64,000 bases of DNA from an uncultured bacterium (GCA_964385615.1 CAYLPP010000003.1:203288-267287); one strand, 5' to 3'. Counted from the stretch's first letter, positions 49,073-58,462 are shown. A program made the numbers and translations. Notes: generated by a model not told the origin, from the sequence alone.

Positions 49073-49514
49073 CAGGCTCCTCGTCTTCCTCAGCGGTTTC
49101 ATCTCCCATTGATTTGAGGTAAGCCACAAGATCGATTAACTGCCGGACGGTCATTCTTCCGGTGAAATCTCCCATTCTTGAAAGCTGAGTTCCTTCAACC
49201 TCTCCGTTGGAATCCAAGGCAATCGTGTGCGAAGGCGACACGATTGAATTCGCGATCCACCCGGTGGCATAATTACCCTGTTTTACCCCTAAAACCGGCC
49301 CAGGAGGAACCATTGAAGGTGTGCTAAACTCAGCATCTTTCTCGACCGCGTGGCAAGCCAGACACTGCAAGTCTTTAAAGGCCTGACGCCCCGCTTCCGG
49401 GTTCCCTTTCGGAAGAAAAAATCCTTTTGCAGGCTCCATATTATCATCACGGCCCGCAAAACAAACCCCGGCACCCACCAGAACCAAAACTGAAATAAAC
49501 AGTATCTTTTTCAT
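49065..49514 (-). CDS. monoheme c-type cytochrome
   Basis: A signal peptide (MKKILFISVLVLVGAGVCFA) and a single CLACH (CxxCH) heme-binding motif. The start is moved to 49514 to remove the overlap with the upstream gene. Confidence 0.7.
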   Translation of the reverse strand: MKKILFISVLVLVGAGVCFAGRDDNMEPAKGFFLPKGNPEAGRQAFKDLQCLACHAVEKDAEFSTPSMVPPGPVLGVKQGNYATGWIANSIVSPSHTIALDSNGEVEGTQLSRMGDFTGRMTVRQLIDLVAYLKSMGDETAEEDEEPVS

Positions 49515-49554
49515 ATCGGCAAACACCTCCCCCGGTTTTTGATACCCGGAAAGA

Positions 49555-50040
49555 TCATCGGCCGTTTCTGCGAATAACTGAAAAGTCGCCAAAAACCGCC
49601 CGGTTTAAGACCCTCATAAAATCGGTTTCTGAAATCTTTACGGCCTTTAAATGACTGCCCGCGTTGAAATAAAGCTCATCAGCTTCGCGCAGGCTTTCAT
49701 CCACATAGCAGGGAATCCCGTAAAGCTTTCCGAAAGGAGGCATCCCTCCCGCTTCACAATCGGGAAATAGCCGGCGGAATTCCACTTCATCTTCAACTCG
49801 GACATTGTGAGTTCCCAACGCCGTACTGAGCTTGAACAAATCCACGACTCGATCGGCCGGTAAAACCACCATCGCGTCTTTTTCATCAACCTTGACCATC
49901 ACCACTTTGACAAAACTGTGCCCTGAAACATGACTCGCTTCCGCGATTTCCAAGGCTGTGAAGGCTTGAGGATGATGCTGAACTTCAAAATTCACTTTAT
50001 GTTTTCTTAAAAACTTGGCAAGTCTTCTAGGCATTTCCAT
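49555..50040 (-). CDS. YbaK/ProX-like aminoacyl-tRNA deacylase domain protein
   Basis: 161 aa with a GGMPPFG motif and a fold resembling the YbaK/EbsC trans-editing domain. Confidence 0.55.
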   Translation of the reverse strand: MEMPRRLAKFLRKHKVNFEVQHHPQAFTALEIAEASHVSGHSFVKVVMVKVDEKDAMVVLPADRVVDLFKLSTALGTHNVRVEDEVEFRRLFPDCEAGGMPPFGKLYGIPCYVDESLREADELYFNAGSHLKAVKISETDFMRVLNRAVFGDFSVIRRNGR

Positions 50041-50069
50041 GACAGACCTCCTTGTTAAATGCTTTTTCT

Positions 50070-50375
50070 TTACCCTAATACAGGAAAATGAAAAGTCTCC
50101 ATCATTTCCTCAACTCTCCCCGCCCGTCCTTCTCTCGTCTTTACGGTTTGGGAAGCTCCGCAATTATGATTCTCATCACAAACCTGGTTTTGACTGCGAT
50201 ATTCCGACGCCCTCAGCTCATTGACTGCGCTGTAGCCGCCAGTCTGTTTCATCATATTCGCCGAATAGCTCTGCTCATATAAATCCCCGGTCGTGGCCCT
50301 AAAATGCTCCGCATATGCCAAAGACGCAACCGCAGCCGTCATGAGCAGGATGAGGTAAAACTCCATGGTTTTCAT
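50070..50375 (-). CDS. small secreted Cys-containing hypothetical protein
   Basis: A signal peptide (MKTMEFYLILLMTAAVASLAYA) and a strong SD (GAAGGAGG). It lies downstream of the CRP-like box. Confidence 0.4.
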   Translation of the reverse strand: MKTMEFYLILLMTAAVASLAYAEHFRATTGDLYEQSYSANMMKQTGGYSAVNELRASEYRSQNQVCDENHNCGASQTVKTREGRAGRVEEMMETFHFPVLG

Positions 50376-50439
50376 AACCGCCTCCTTCGGGGGGCTTCCT
50401 CACCCCGACTTCAGGTTACGCCTGAGAAGCGCGGTCTGC

Positions 50440-50455
50440 TGTGACAGACGTCACT
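50440..50455. promoter_or_regulatory. candidate CRP/FNR-family binding site
   Basis: TGTGA-CAGACG-TCACT has one mismatch to TGTGA-N6-TCACA. It overlaps the crp-like stop codon and lies about 65-80 bp upstream of the small secreted ORF's start codon. Confidence 0.4.
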
Positions 50456-51128
50456 GAAGGAGTTTTTTAAGGCCTTCGAGGTTAAGAATGGCAATCTGGT
50501 AGGGCTTCACATCGATAAGTTTCTTACGTTTGAGGTCAGAAATCTGGCGGGCAATCGTCTCACGGGAAGTCCCCAGACGCTGAGCGATTTCTTCCCGGGT
50601 GGATTGAATAAAAAGAACGTTATTTTTAGAGGCGGACTCTTTTTTATGCTCCAGCATATCCAAAAGGTATTTAACCAGCCTTTTCTTGGAATCCTTGAGA
50701 GAAACCTCTTCGATAAGATTGCTGAAGCATTGAAGCCTCTTGGCAAAAAGCGCATTAAGCGAATGGAGCATTTTCGGGTTTTCAGAAATCATCTGGATGT
50801 ATTTTTCGCGCGGTAAAAACCAGACAACGCTGTCTTCGATCGCTTCCGCGTTGGAACCGCAATGCCAGCTGGATTCTCCGGGGTTGCAGGCGCAAGTATC
50901 CCCAAACCCCAGGACTTCGTAAATCTGGTCCCGGCCCTCCTGAGAGCTGCGGTAAATTTTAACCCGCCCAGAACGTACGAAGAAAAGCGCGGTGCAATGA
51001 GAACCCTCATTGTGGATGATCTCACCTTTTTTGAAAGACTTCTCAATCAAATAGGCCGCGATCGCTCCGACCTCAGCCGGGCTTAAACCTTGAAAGAATG
51101 GAATGTCTTTTACTTCAATTGAATGCAT
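50451..51128 (-). CDS. Crp/Fnr-family transcriptional regulator
   Basis: An N-terminal cNMP-binding beta-barrel and a C-terminal HTH (REEIAQRLGTSRETIARQISDLKRKKLI). An internal Cys cluster, CACNPGESSWHC, is present. Confidence 0.8.
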   Translation of the reverse strand: MHSIEVKDIPFFQGLSPAEVGAIAAYLIEKSFKKGEIIHNEGSHCTALFFVRSGRVKIYRSSQEGRDQIYEVLGFGDTCACNPGESSWHCGSNAEAIEDSVVWFLPREKYIQMISENPKMLHSLNALFAKRLQCFSNLIEEVSLKDSKKRLVKYLLDMLEHKKESASKNNVLFIQSTREEIAQRLGTSRETIARQISDLKRKKLIDVKPYQIAILNLEGLKKLLQ

Positions 51129-51153
51129 AGAGATCGGGTTGAGAGGTTAAACG

Positions 51154-51228
51154 TCGGGGCGGCAGGATTTGAACCTGCGACCTCCACTTCCCGAAAGTGG
51201 CGCGATAGCCAGGCTACGCTACGCCCCG
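51154..51228 (-). tRNA. tRNA-Pro (anticodon CGG)
   Basis: The acceptor stem CGGGGCG/CGCCCCG is perfect. The anticodon stem is CCACU/AGUGG with loop UUCGGGA (anticodon CGG, G37). The T-arm is GCAGG-UUCAAAU-CCUGC. CCA is not encoded. Confidence 0.8.
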
Positions 51229-51285
51229 AGTAAAGAGGGAGATTATAACGAAGGTTGGAGAAAAATTCAGTAAGAAAATAGGCTC

Positions 51286-52644
51286 TTAAAAGCTCAGGTA
51301 ATCGATCAATTTCGCGGGGTTTTGGGCCCAGGTTCCGTTCCACTTTTCAAGCAGAGTCTCTGCCGGAGACTTTCCCGGCCTAATGATCTTGTCACGAATC
51401 GCGTTGAGAAAAACGCATTCACTGGAGGGACCGCTGCTTTCCTGCCTTCCGAGGCTGGCGCAGGAAAGATTCACCAATTCTTCGGCAATCGGGAAAATAG
51501 GCCGCCCATTCAGGCGGGCCTGAAGACCAAGACGCGGAACTTCCGCGTGAAGATTGCGGCGGTCTTCCTCAGTCGCATCCTCGACTAAAGCCCAGGCTTT
51601 TGCCCGGGTTTCCACGTCATAGAGAATCCCTTTCCAAAATGCGGCAACCGCGGGAATCAAATCAGGGCTTTGACAATCCACGCCCCGGACTTCCATATAC
51701 TGCTTGAGGCGGACTTCAGGGAAAAGAGTGCTAAGGTGAAGCTCAAAGTCCCCCAGCGTGGCTTTAGCTCCGGAATAACCTTCTTTGAGAAATTTTCGAA
51801 AGGTGCAGTCTTTAAGCGCCGTCCACTTGCCGGAACGCACAATAAAAATCAGCGGAATATCGAGAACATAATTTAAATAGTCTAAAAACCGGCGGCCGGG
51901 CCGGGTAAACTGGGAAATCAGACCGGTCCGCAACGGATCCGTGTAGCGCCAGATTTCCGCACGGTAAGTTTTATAGCCGTTGGGTCGGCCTTCTGAAAAA
52001 CCGGAATTAGCAAAAAGCGCTGTCACAATGGATGTAATGCCAAGGGCCGTGCGAAGCATACACATAGCATCTTCTTCACTGGTGTAATCCACATTGACTT
52101 GATTCGTCGCCGTGCGTTTCATCATGTGATGAGACAAACTCCCATGTGTTCCCAAATATTCACGCATCAGATCGTAGCGTTTTTTAGGGACCCAGGAAAT
52201 TTCATCTAAAGAACTAAACGGATGAATGCCTACGGCGAGCCAGGCAATCTCGGAAAATCCTGAAGACGCTTGTTTAAGTTCTTCCAAAAATTTTCGAATC
52301 TGCGCCTGAATTTCAAAAACATCATGAACCGGAGGCGCGGAAAGCTCCACCTGCCCTCCCGGCTCCAGGGAAACCGCGCTGTCACGGCGGGTTAACCCGA
52401 TAATATTACGGTTCTCCAGAACAGGCTGGTAGTCAAACCGCTCAGCCATTTTCTTTAAAACGGCCTGAATTCCCTCTGGGCCTGCGTAAGGAATTGCCTT
52501 ACCGGTCTTCCTGCAAACCCCGAAAAACTCCGCTTCCAACCCCACTCGCTTTTGGTCGGCCGGCTTAATAAACCGATGGAAATAGTTTTCCAGATCTTTC
52601 TCGGATTTCAGTAAAATTGTCTGTTCTTTAATGGAAGTCGTCAA
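51286..52644 (-). CDS. gshA: glutamate--cysteine ligase (GCS2/plant-proteobacterial type)
   Basis: 452 aa resembling GCS2-family gamma-glutamylcysteine synthetases (GLEAEFF..., a glutamine-synthetase-like fold). It is divergent from gshB. Confidence 0.65.
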   Translation of the reverse strand: MTTSIKEQTILLKSEKDLENYFHRFIKPADQKRVGLEAEFFGVCRKTGKAIPYAGPEGIQAVLKKMAERFDYQPVLENRNIIGLTRRDSAVSLEPGGQVELSAPPVHDVFEIQAQIRKFLEELKQASSGFSEIAWLAVGIHPFSSLDEISWVPKKRYDLMREYLGTHGSLSHHMMKRTATNQVNVDYTSEEDAMCMLRTALGITSIVTALFANSGFSEGRPNGYKTYRAEIWRYTDPLRTGLISQFTRPGRRFLDYLNYVLDIPLIFIVRSGKWTALKDCTFRKFLKEGYSGAKATLGDFELHLSTLFPEVRLKQYMEVRGVDCQSPDLIPAVAAFWKGILYDVETRAKAWALVEDATEEDRRNLHAEVPRLGLQARLNGRPIFPIAEELVNLSCASLGRQESSGPSSECVFLNAIRDKIIRPGKSPAETLLEKWNGTWAQNPAKLIDYLSF

Positions 52645-52714
52645 ACTTAAATCCTTATTTTAATAGTCATTTACAATCCCGGCCCTGCCGGGGCATTATT
52701 GTAACCTAACAGAC

Positions 52715-53656
52715 ATGAATATCTTAGTTATTTTAGACCCTTTGAACAGGCTGAATCACGAGTGGGATAATTCGCTCGCGGTCAGTGCCGAACTGAAGCG
52801 TAGAGGCCACACCCTCTGGACCGCGGATGTTCCGGATTTACACCTCAAAGGAAAACATTTGAAAATCCAAGCCCGGAAGCTGGAAATCGAGTTTCCAAAA
52901 AAGTCCCGCCCTCAATACCGCTCCGGCGTCACCCGTGTCTGGGACGCGTCTGAACTCGACTTGATTTTAATCCGTAAAGAACCGCCGGTAAACCGTGCCT
53001 ATATCGAGATGACCCGCAAGCTTGAGCTCGTTTCAAAAAAAATTCCCGTCATTAACCAGCCTAGCGGTATTCGCACTCAAAACGAGAAACTTTCTATTTT
53101 AAATTTTCCCAAATGGATCCCGCCTAACCTTGTGTCATCGAAAAGAACTGAAATTTTAAAATTTCTAAACACTCATAAAGAAATTGTGGTCAAACCTCTC
53201 GATGAAAAGGGCGGAAAAGGCGTTTTTACCATGCGGCCCGGGGGGAACCTTCTCCAACTGCGCCGGTTACTCAGAAAAAATAAACCGGTCATGGCTCAGA
53301 AGAGACTTTTTCTAACGGAAGGTTCGGGAGAAAAACGCATTGTCTTGCTTAACGGAAAACTGCTTTGCGCTTACGAAAAACGTCCTGTTGGGAAGGAGTG
53401 GCGAGGGAACCTGGATCTGGGAGCAACTTTTCACCGGTGCAGGCTGACATCACAGGAAAAGCAAATGCTCCGGGCGCTTAAACCATTTCTCCTGCGGCAC
53501 GGACTCTATTTTGCCGGACTCGATACCATTAACGGAAAACTGATTGAAATTAATGTCACCTGTCCGGCAGGCGCTACCGAGTCGCAATTCTTGAACCCGC
53601 GTTCGAAACCCGTTTCGGTTTGGGCAGATTTTCTGGAGCGCTCTGCTTCTTCTTAA
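52715..53656 (+). CDS. gshB: glutathione synthetase (ATP-grasp)
   Basis: MNILVILDPLNRLN...ILIRKEPP...INQPSGIR..NEKL...VVKPLDEKGGKGVF...GEKRIVLLNG...WRGNLDLGA...EINVT aligns along the full length of E. coli GshB. Confidence 0.8.
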   Translation: MNILVILDPLNRLNHEWDNSLAVSAELKRRGHTLWTADVPDLHLKGKHLKIQARKLEIEFPKKSRPQYRSGVTRVWDASELDLILIRKEPPVNRAYIEMTRKLELVSKKIPVINQPSGIRTQNEKLSILNFPKWIPPNLVSSKRTEILKFLNTHKEIVVKPLDEKGGKGVFTMRPGGNLLQLRRLLRKNKPVMAQKRLFLTEGSGEKRIVLLNGKLLCAYEKRPVGKEWRGNLDLGATFHRCRLTSQEKQMLRALKPFLLRHGLYFAGLDTINGKLIEINVTCPAGATESQFLNPRSKPVSVWADFLERSASS

Positions 53657-55376
53657 AGCTTTCATTGATCTGGTCCAGCGTTTTAGCGTTGTCAGGAATA
53701 TGCCCCATCGATAAAAGCGCCGTTTCCATAACCTCTTTGAACACGGGAGCCGCTACAACACCGCCGTAATAAACCGGCCTTGGCTCATCAACCACCACTG
53801 TCATGACAAACTTCGGATCTTCCACGGGAGCGAAACCAATAAAAGAAGACATAAACGCGCTGTGCGAATACCCTCGCCCATTAGGCAGAACTTTTTGCGC
53901 GGTGCCGGTTTTACCGCCCGCGGAAATACCATTCATCTTGGCGCTCTTTCCCGTTCCCTCTTCAACAACCCGCATCAAAATATGGCGCATGGTTTCGGCG
54001 ACTTCTGGGCGAATCACCTGGGCGCGTATAAAAGGTTTGTTCTCTTTTATCACAACCCCTGCTGAATCTTCTATTTTTTCCAGGATAAACGGCTTAACCA
54101 AATTACCGCCGTTAGCAATCACATCCATCGCGACTGTCATCTGAAGAGCGGTGACCATGATTTCCTGTCCAATCGGAACATTGTAAGGTGAGGTCTTGGA
54201 CCATTGAGTATAAGGCCTCACAAATCCAGGCGCTTCACCCGGCAGATCAATTCCTGTCGCTTTTCCGAAACCAAACCGCTCCACATAACTTTCATAAACG
54301 GCCGGCTCCATCCGCTGTGAAATTTTCACCGACCCGATATTGCTGGATTTAATAATAACTTCCTCAAAAGTCAGTGTCCCGTAGGAGTGAACGTCATGTA
54401 AAACTTTTGGGCCGTAATCCCAGGCTCCATTTTCGCAATTAAATGTAGTCTCAGGGGTCACTTTATTCTCATTAAGAGCCGCGCTAGCCGCCACAATTTT
54501 AAAAACCGATCCAGGTTCATACATATCGGTAACCGCACGGTTACGATGCGCGTCCGAAGTCGCTTTTCCATAATGATTGGGATCGAAAGAAGGGCGGTTT
54601 GCCATGGCGAGAATCCGCCCCGTTTTTACTTCCATAATAATAGCCGTGGCGCCTTTAGCTTTGTACTGAGTATACGCGCGGTCCAATGCCCGCTCGGTCA
54701 AGTATTGAAGATATTGGTCAATGGTCAGCGTGACTTTATGCCCATCCACAGCCGGGATGTGTTTAACTTCAAACGCTTTGAGCTCGCGCCCTAAAGCATC
54801 GCGCTTGGTATAGCGCCATCCGGAACGGCCCTGCAGTTCACGATTCCAGTTCAATTCAATGCCTTCCAAACCAGAATTATCAATTCCGGTAAACCCGAGA
54901 ATCTGCGCTAAAAGATCGCCTTGAGGATAAAAACGTTTGTACTCCTTAATGGTTCCTAAACTGGAAACTCCCAGTTTATCAATCGCTGAAGCTTCTTCCG
55001 GAGAGACTTTCCGTTTGAGCCAGACAAAAGATTTATCTCTGGAAATTCGATCGGAAACTCTCGTTTGTGAAAGCTTGAGAATATCCGCGATTTTTTTGGA
55101 CAGAGCGGGAACATCTTCTTTCGCGATCATACGGGGAACGGCATAAATGGAAGGCGCCATTAAATTAGTGGCAAGCTCTTTACCCATCCGGTCGACAATC
55201 AATCCGCGGACGGGCGGAACTTCGATTTTAAGGCGATGCTGTTTATCCGCAAGCTCGAGAAGAGCGGGCCGGCGCACAATCATCAGCTGAGTGAGCTGAT
55301 AAATAATGATCAGGAATAAAGAGACGACGAAGAGATTAAAAATCCAGAGACGCCGGGGACTAACTGTGGACGGCAT
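53574..55376 (-). CDS. ftsI: peptidoglycan D,D-transpeptidase (class B PBP, FtsI-like)
   Basis: 600 aa with an N-terminal TM segment, a PBP dimerisation domain and a transpeptidase with STFK / SSN / KTGT motifs. It sits in the dcw cluster after ftsL. Confidence 0.85.
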   Translation of the reverse strand: MPSTVSPRRLWIFNLFVVSLFLIIIYQLTQLMIVRRPALLELADKQHRLKIEVPPVRGLIVDRMGKELATNLMAPSIYAVPRMIAKEDVPALSKKIADILKLSQTRVSDRISRDKSFVWLKRKVSPEEASAIDKLGVSSLGTIKEYKRFYPQGDLLAQILGFTGIDNSGLEGIELNWNRELQGRSGWRYTKRDALGRELKAFEVKHIPAVDGHKVTLTIDQYLQYLTERALDRAYTQYKAKGATAIIMEVKTGRILAMANRPSFDPNHYGKATSDAHRNRAVTDMYEPGSVFKIVAASAALNENKVTPETTFNCENGAWDYGPKVLHDVHSYGTLTFEEVIIKSSNIGSVKISQRMEPAVYESYVERFGFGKATGIDLPGEAPGFVRPYTQWSKTSPYNVPIGQEIMVTALQMTVAMDVIANGGNLVKPFILEKIEDSAGVVIKENKPFIRAQVIRPEVAETMRHILMRVVEEGTGKSAKMNGISAGGKTGTAQKVLPNGRGYSHSAFMSSFIGFAPVEDPKFVMTVVVDEPRPVYYGGVVAAPVFKEVMETALLSMGHIPDNAKTLDQINESFKKKQSAPENLPKPKRVSNAGSRIATR

Positions 55377-55756
55377 TAATTATCGGTTTTAGCTTGAGCA
55401 ACCTCAACCCAGTGGCCCAAAAAACCAAACATATTCCCGGAAAAGGATCCGGTGGATACTTGCTGATTAGGCAGCGGCACTTTAAGGGCCGGCGTACGCA
55501 CAACATGGATTTCACGGGGAAGCGTCAAATCCATAGAGAGACTTTTCATTTTTTCTTCAAGCAAACGCGGAGCTTTCAGCTGGTCAACTTCAAATTTAAT
55601 CTGCCGGTAATCTTCTTTCATTTTTGAAAGTTTATCGGCTTTGGAATCAATCTGGTAGGAAACTCGAACTAGAGACACCTGTTCATGGACGTAAAGAAGA
55701 AGCGCTAACGTCAAGATCCCAACTCCAAAAATCATTTTCCCCATGGATTGGATCAT
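55376..55756 (-). CDS. ftsL: cell-division protein FtsL-like
   Basis: 126 aa with a single TM segment followed by a coiled coil. Its position between rsmH and ftsI matches ftsL. Confidence 0.6.
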   Translation of the reverse strand: MIQSMGKMIFGVGILTLALLLYVHEQVSLVRVSYQIDSKADKLSKMKEDYRQIKFEVDQLKAPRLLEEKMKSLSMDLTLPREIHVVRTPALKVPLPNQQVSTGSFSGNMFGFLGHWVEVAQAKTDN

Positions 55757-56658
55757 ATTTTTTCTACAGCGCGCAGTTTAGCGCTTCTCGATCTTGGATT
55801 CAAGTCCTGTTCTTCACTTTTTGCTAAAATCGGCTTCTTGGTCAGAATTGTGCCGGCACCCGCTTGCTTCCATTCCACAAATTGGTGCTTAACAATCCGG
55901 TCTTCAAGCGAATGAAAACTGATCACCACAAGCCTCCCGCCCTTTTTCAACCGTTTCCAGATTGCCGGTAACCCAGTTTTGAGGGCTTCCAACTCTCCGT
56001 TGACCGCGATGCGCAACGCCTGAAACACTTTCGTGGCCGGATGGCGCTTCATCCAGAACGGCCTGTTGCCCTTTTCCGCCGAAAAACCCTTCGGTAAGCT
56101 CTTTTCAAGGGCCCTCACCAGGTCAACGGTAGTTAAAATCCGCTTTTTCTGCCGTTCCTGCACAATCACCTGGGCTAATCGCCTGCCATTCCGCTCTTCT
56201 CCAAGCTCCCAAAACAGCTTGGCTAATTCCCACTCTGACAGCCCATTGACCAAATCCGCTGCCGTAACCGATGACTCAGGGCCGAGGCGCATATCAAGCG
56301 GCCCTTCCCGCTCAAAACTAAACCCTCTTGAGGGGTCTTCAAGCTGATCTGACGAAAACCCTATATCAAGTAGTACGGCATCTACGGCCGGAATGTTTAG
56401 AGAATCCAAAACCTTGTCCAGTTGCGAGTAGTTCGCATTCTGCAAGGTTACCCGGGAGTCTTCTCCAAACACCGCCTGGCAACGCTTGATGCTCTCGGGG
56501 TCCCGGTCCAGGGCAATCAACCTGCCCGACTTGCCTATCTTTTCCAGGATCGCCCGGCTGTGACCGGCACTCCCCAAAGTACCGTCCACCGCGATACAAC
56601 CTTCTTTAAGGCCCAGATAGTCCAGGGCCTCCGTCAAAAGAACAGATTTATGCAGCAA
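55753..56658 (-). CDS. rsmH: 16S rRNA (cytosine1402-N4)-methyltransferase
   Basis: 301 aa with HKSVLL...DGTLGSAGHS...DLGFSS, the MraW motifs. Confidence 0.9.
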   Translation of the reverse strand: MLHKSVLLTEALDYLGLKEGCIAVDGTLGSAGHSRAILEKIGKSGRLIALDRDPESIKRCQAVFGEDSRVTLQNANYSQLDKVLDSLNIPAVDAVLLDIGFSSDQLEDPSRGFSFEREGPLDMRLGPESSVTAADLVNGLSEWELAKLFWELGEERNGRRLAQVIVQERQKKRILTTVDLVRALEKSLPKGFSAEKGNRPFWMKRHPATKVFQALRIAVNGELEALKTGLPAIWKRLKKGGRLVVISFHSLEDRIVKHQFVEWKQAGAGTILTKKPILAKSEEQDLNPRSRSAKLRAVEKI

Positions 56659-56986
56659 AGCTCCGGATCGCCTCCTCTTCGGAGTGAAACTGTTCCATCA
56701 AACCGCCGACCCCAATCATCTGGAAGGTCTTGGCGACTTCAGGGCGCAGGTTGCAAAGCTTAATGTCCCCTTTCTGGGCACGCACCTTCATCAGGCGGTC
56801 AACCAGAATCCCGAGGCCGGCAAGCTCAACCTTGCGGGCTTCGCTGAGATCCAGAAGAAGTTTCTTCTGGTTCTTATTGAGGAGGCGGGTCAAACGCTCC
56901 TTAATCTTAATCATTTCTGAAGCATTCAAATCGCCATGAAACCGCAACACTTCAACGCCCATCTTTGCTCTGGAACGGTATGCCAT
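56648..56986 (-). CDS. STAS-domain anti-sigma-factor antagonist (SpoIIAA-like)
   Basis: 112 aa with the pattern L.G.L.......L..LL.....LLLDLS.....ELAGLG.L. The ATG at 56986 is preceded by GGGAGG. Inserted between mraZ and rsmH. Confidence 0.65.
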   Translation of the reverse strand: MAYRSRAKMGVEVLRFHGDLNASEMIKIKERLTRLLNKNQKKLLLDLSEARKVELAGLGILVDRLMKVRAQKGDIKLCNLRPEVAKTFQMIGVGGLMEQFHSEEEAIRSFAA

Positions 56987-57008
56987 ATTTCCTCCCGGGT
57001 TTTGATCC

Positions 57009-57455
57009 TCAGTTCTGAGGATCGGTGATCAGCTTTTCAGCCAGTTCTTCAAAATTACCTTTGTTCGATTCAAAAAACTCTGTCCACTTGTCCTTGGACC
57101 AAATTTCGATACGGTCCGAAACGCCGATAATAACGACGTCTGTTTTGATTTCAGCGTAAGACTTCAGGTAATCAGGAATCAGGATTCTTCCCTGTTTGTC
57201 GCAAATAACTTCAGAAGCTCCTGAAAAATAAAGACGGTTGAATTTACGGGCTTCCCCTTTGGTAAAAGGCAGTTCCCGGAACTTCTTTTCCTGGGTTTTC
57301 CAGGACTCTTCCGTAAACACAAACAAGCACTGATCCAGGCCGCGCGTAATAAAGAATTTCTCCGCGTAATGTTCCTTGAAAATCTCACGGAACTTCGCGG
57401 GGATGATCACGCGATCCTTGTTATCCAGCGAGTGTTGGTATTCACCGTAGAACAT
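57009..57455 (-). CDS. mraZ: transcriptional regulator MraZ
   Basis: 148 aa. MFYGEYQHSLDNKDRVIIPAKFR and a second GRILIP repeat are the duplicated MraZ DxxxR motifs. Confidence 0.9.
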   Translation of the reverse strand: MFYGEYQHSLDNKDRVIIPAKFREIFKEHYAEKFFITRGLDQCLFVFTEESWKTQEKKFRELPFTKGEARKFNRLYFSGASEVICDKQGRILIPDYLKSYAEIKTDVVIIGVSDRIEIWSKDKWTEFFESNKGNFEELAEKLITDPQN

Positions 57456-57479
57456 TTACTTGAGTTCTCCTTTGAAATC

Positions 57480-57508
57480 TACCACTTATCCCCACTTTAC
57501 CCCACATC
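57480..57508 (-). promoter_or_regulatory. putative MraZ operator: three direct GTGG(G/T) repeats at 10-bp spacing
   Basis: On the minus strand, GTGGGGTAAA-GTGGGGATAA-GTGGTAG lies 26-55 nt upstream of the mraZ ATG. It matches the GTGGG-type periodic boxes described for MraZ. Confidence 0.5.
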
Positions 57509-57671
57509 ATTATCGACCAAAGTATAGCCGTGCCTTAAGTGCCCGTCAATGCTATTTTTAGGAAAACTTTAGTTTTTTTTGAAAAGAGGGTTAAAAGCAC
57601 AATAGCTGGGGTCTTAAGGGGAAAAACCACTACTAATGGAGGCTTGAGAAGCTCAAAAAGAAGGAAAAACC

Positions 57672-57710
57672 GCAAAAAAACAGAAAAATCCCCCACTTTT
57701 TGGAGGATTA
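57672..57710 (-). terminator. putative rho-independent terminator after the zinc-ribbon gene
   Basis: On the minus strand, ATCCTCC-AAAAAGT-GGGGGAT is followed by a T-rich run (TTTTCTGTTTTTTT). Confidence 0.5.
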
Positions 57711-57733
57711 TCTTAAATTAAGGCTTTTTGGGA

Positions 57734-58462
57734 TTAAGTTTCGTCAGTGTAGAGGATACGGCTGCAGTTCTCGCAGACCACAAGGGCCTGATACATCCTA
57801 ACTTCATTAATCAGCTGCGGGCGCAACTGAAGCTGGCAGGCACCACAAATATCATTACTGATCTTGGCAAGTGCCATGCCCTGTTTCTTTTGAATAATTA
57901 AATCGTAAAGGCTCCGGACATCCTGTGGAACCTGCTGAATGATGGTATCCCGCTCTTTTTTCAGACCGTCCAGCTTGTCATTAATAGCTTTGACCTTCTG
58001 ATCAAGTTCAGACTCCTTGGCCTGATAATCTTTCTCTATAACTTTGAGACGTTCTTTTTCTTTCTTGATCTCAACTTCAGCCGCCTCAACCTGATCCATA
58101 ACTTTGATGATTTCTTCTTCGAGCAACGAGCCGTCAGCCTTCAGAGAGGCAATTTCCTGCTGGAGAGCGCTGTATTCCTTATTTGTCTTAACCTGGCTTA
58201 GCTGGCCTTCAAGCTTCTTAACGTTGGTTTCCTTTTGGCCAAGCTCACCGTCTTTTTCCTTTTGCTTCATCTGAAGCTTACGGAATTCACCCTCGAGCTG
58301 TTTAAGATGGTCTTTTTCAGCTTCCAGTTCAGTCTTAATTTTTTCACGAATCTCAGGGATTTCCTGCCCCGTTTCGCGCTGGCTGGTATAGAGCTCACGG
58401 TCGATAGTCTGAGCCCGCTTGAGGATTTCGATACTTTCTTTGATGGAAACTGTATTTGCCAA
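57734..58462 (-). CDS. coiled-coil protein with C-terminal C4 zinc-ribbon (COG1579/zf-RING_7-like)
   Basis: 242 aa. A long heptad-rich region, then CGACQ...CENCSR. Confidence 0.7.
   Translation of the reverse strand: MANTVSIKESIEILKRAQTIDRELYTSQRETGQEIPEIREKIKTELEAEKDHLKQLEGEFRKLQMKQKEKDGELGQKETNVKKLEGQLSQVKTNKEYSALQQEIASLKADGSLLEEEIIKVMDQVEAAEVEIKKEKERLKVIEKDYQAKESELDQKVKAINDKLDGLKKERDTIIQQVPQDVRSLYDLIIQKKQGMALAKISNDICGACQLQLRPQLINEVRMYQALVVCENCSRILYTDET

Noticed and set aside
53450-53665. 71-aa minus-strand ORF at the gshB/ftsI overlap
   Set aside because: It lies entirely within the gshB 3' end in antisense and is out of frame with ftsI. Shadow ORF.
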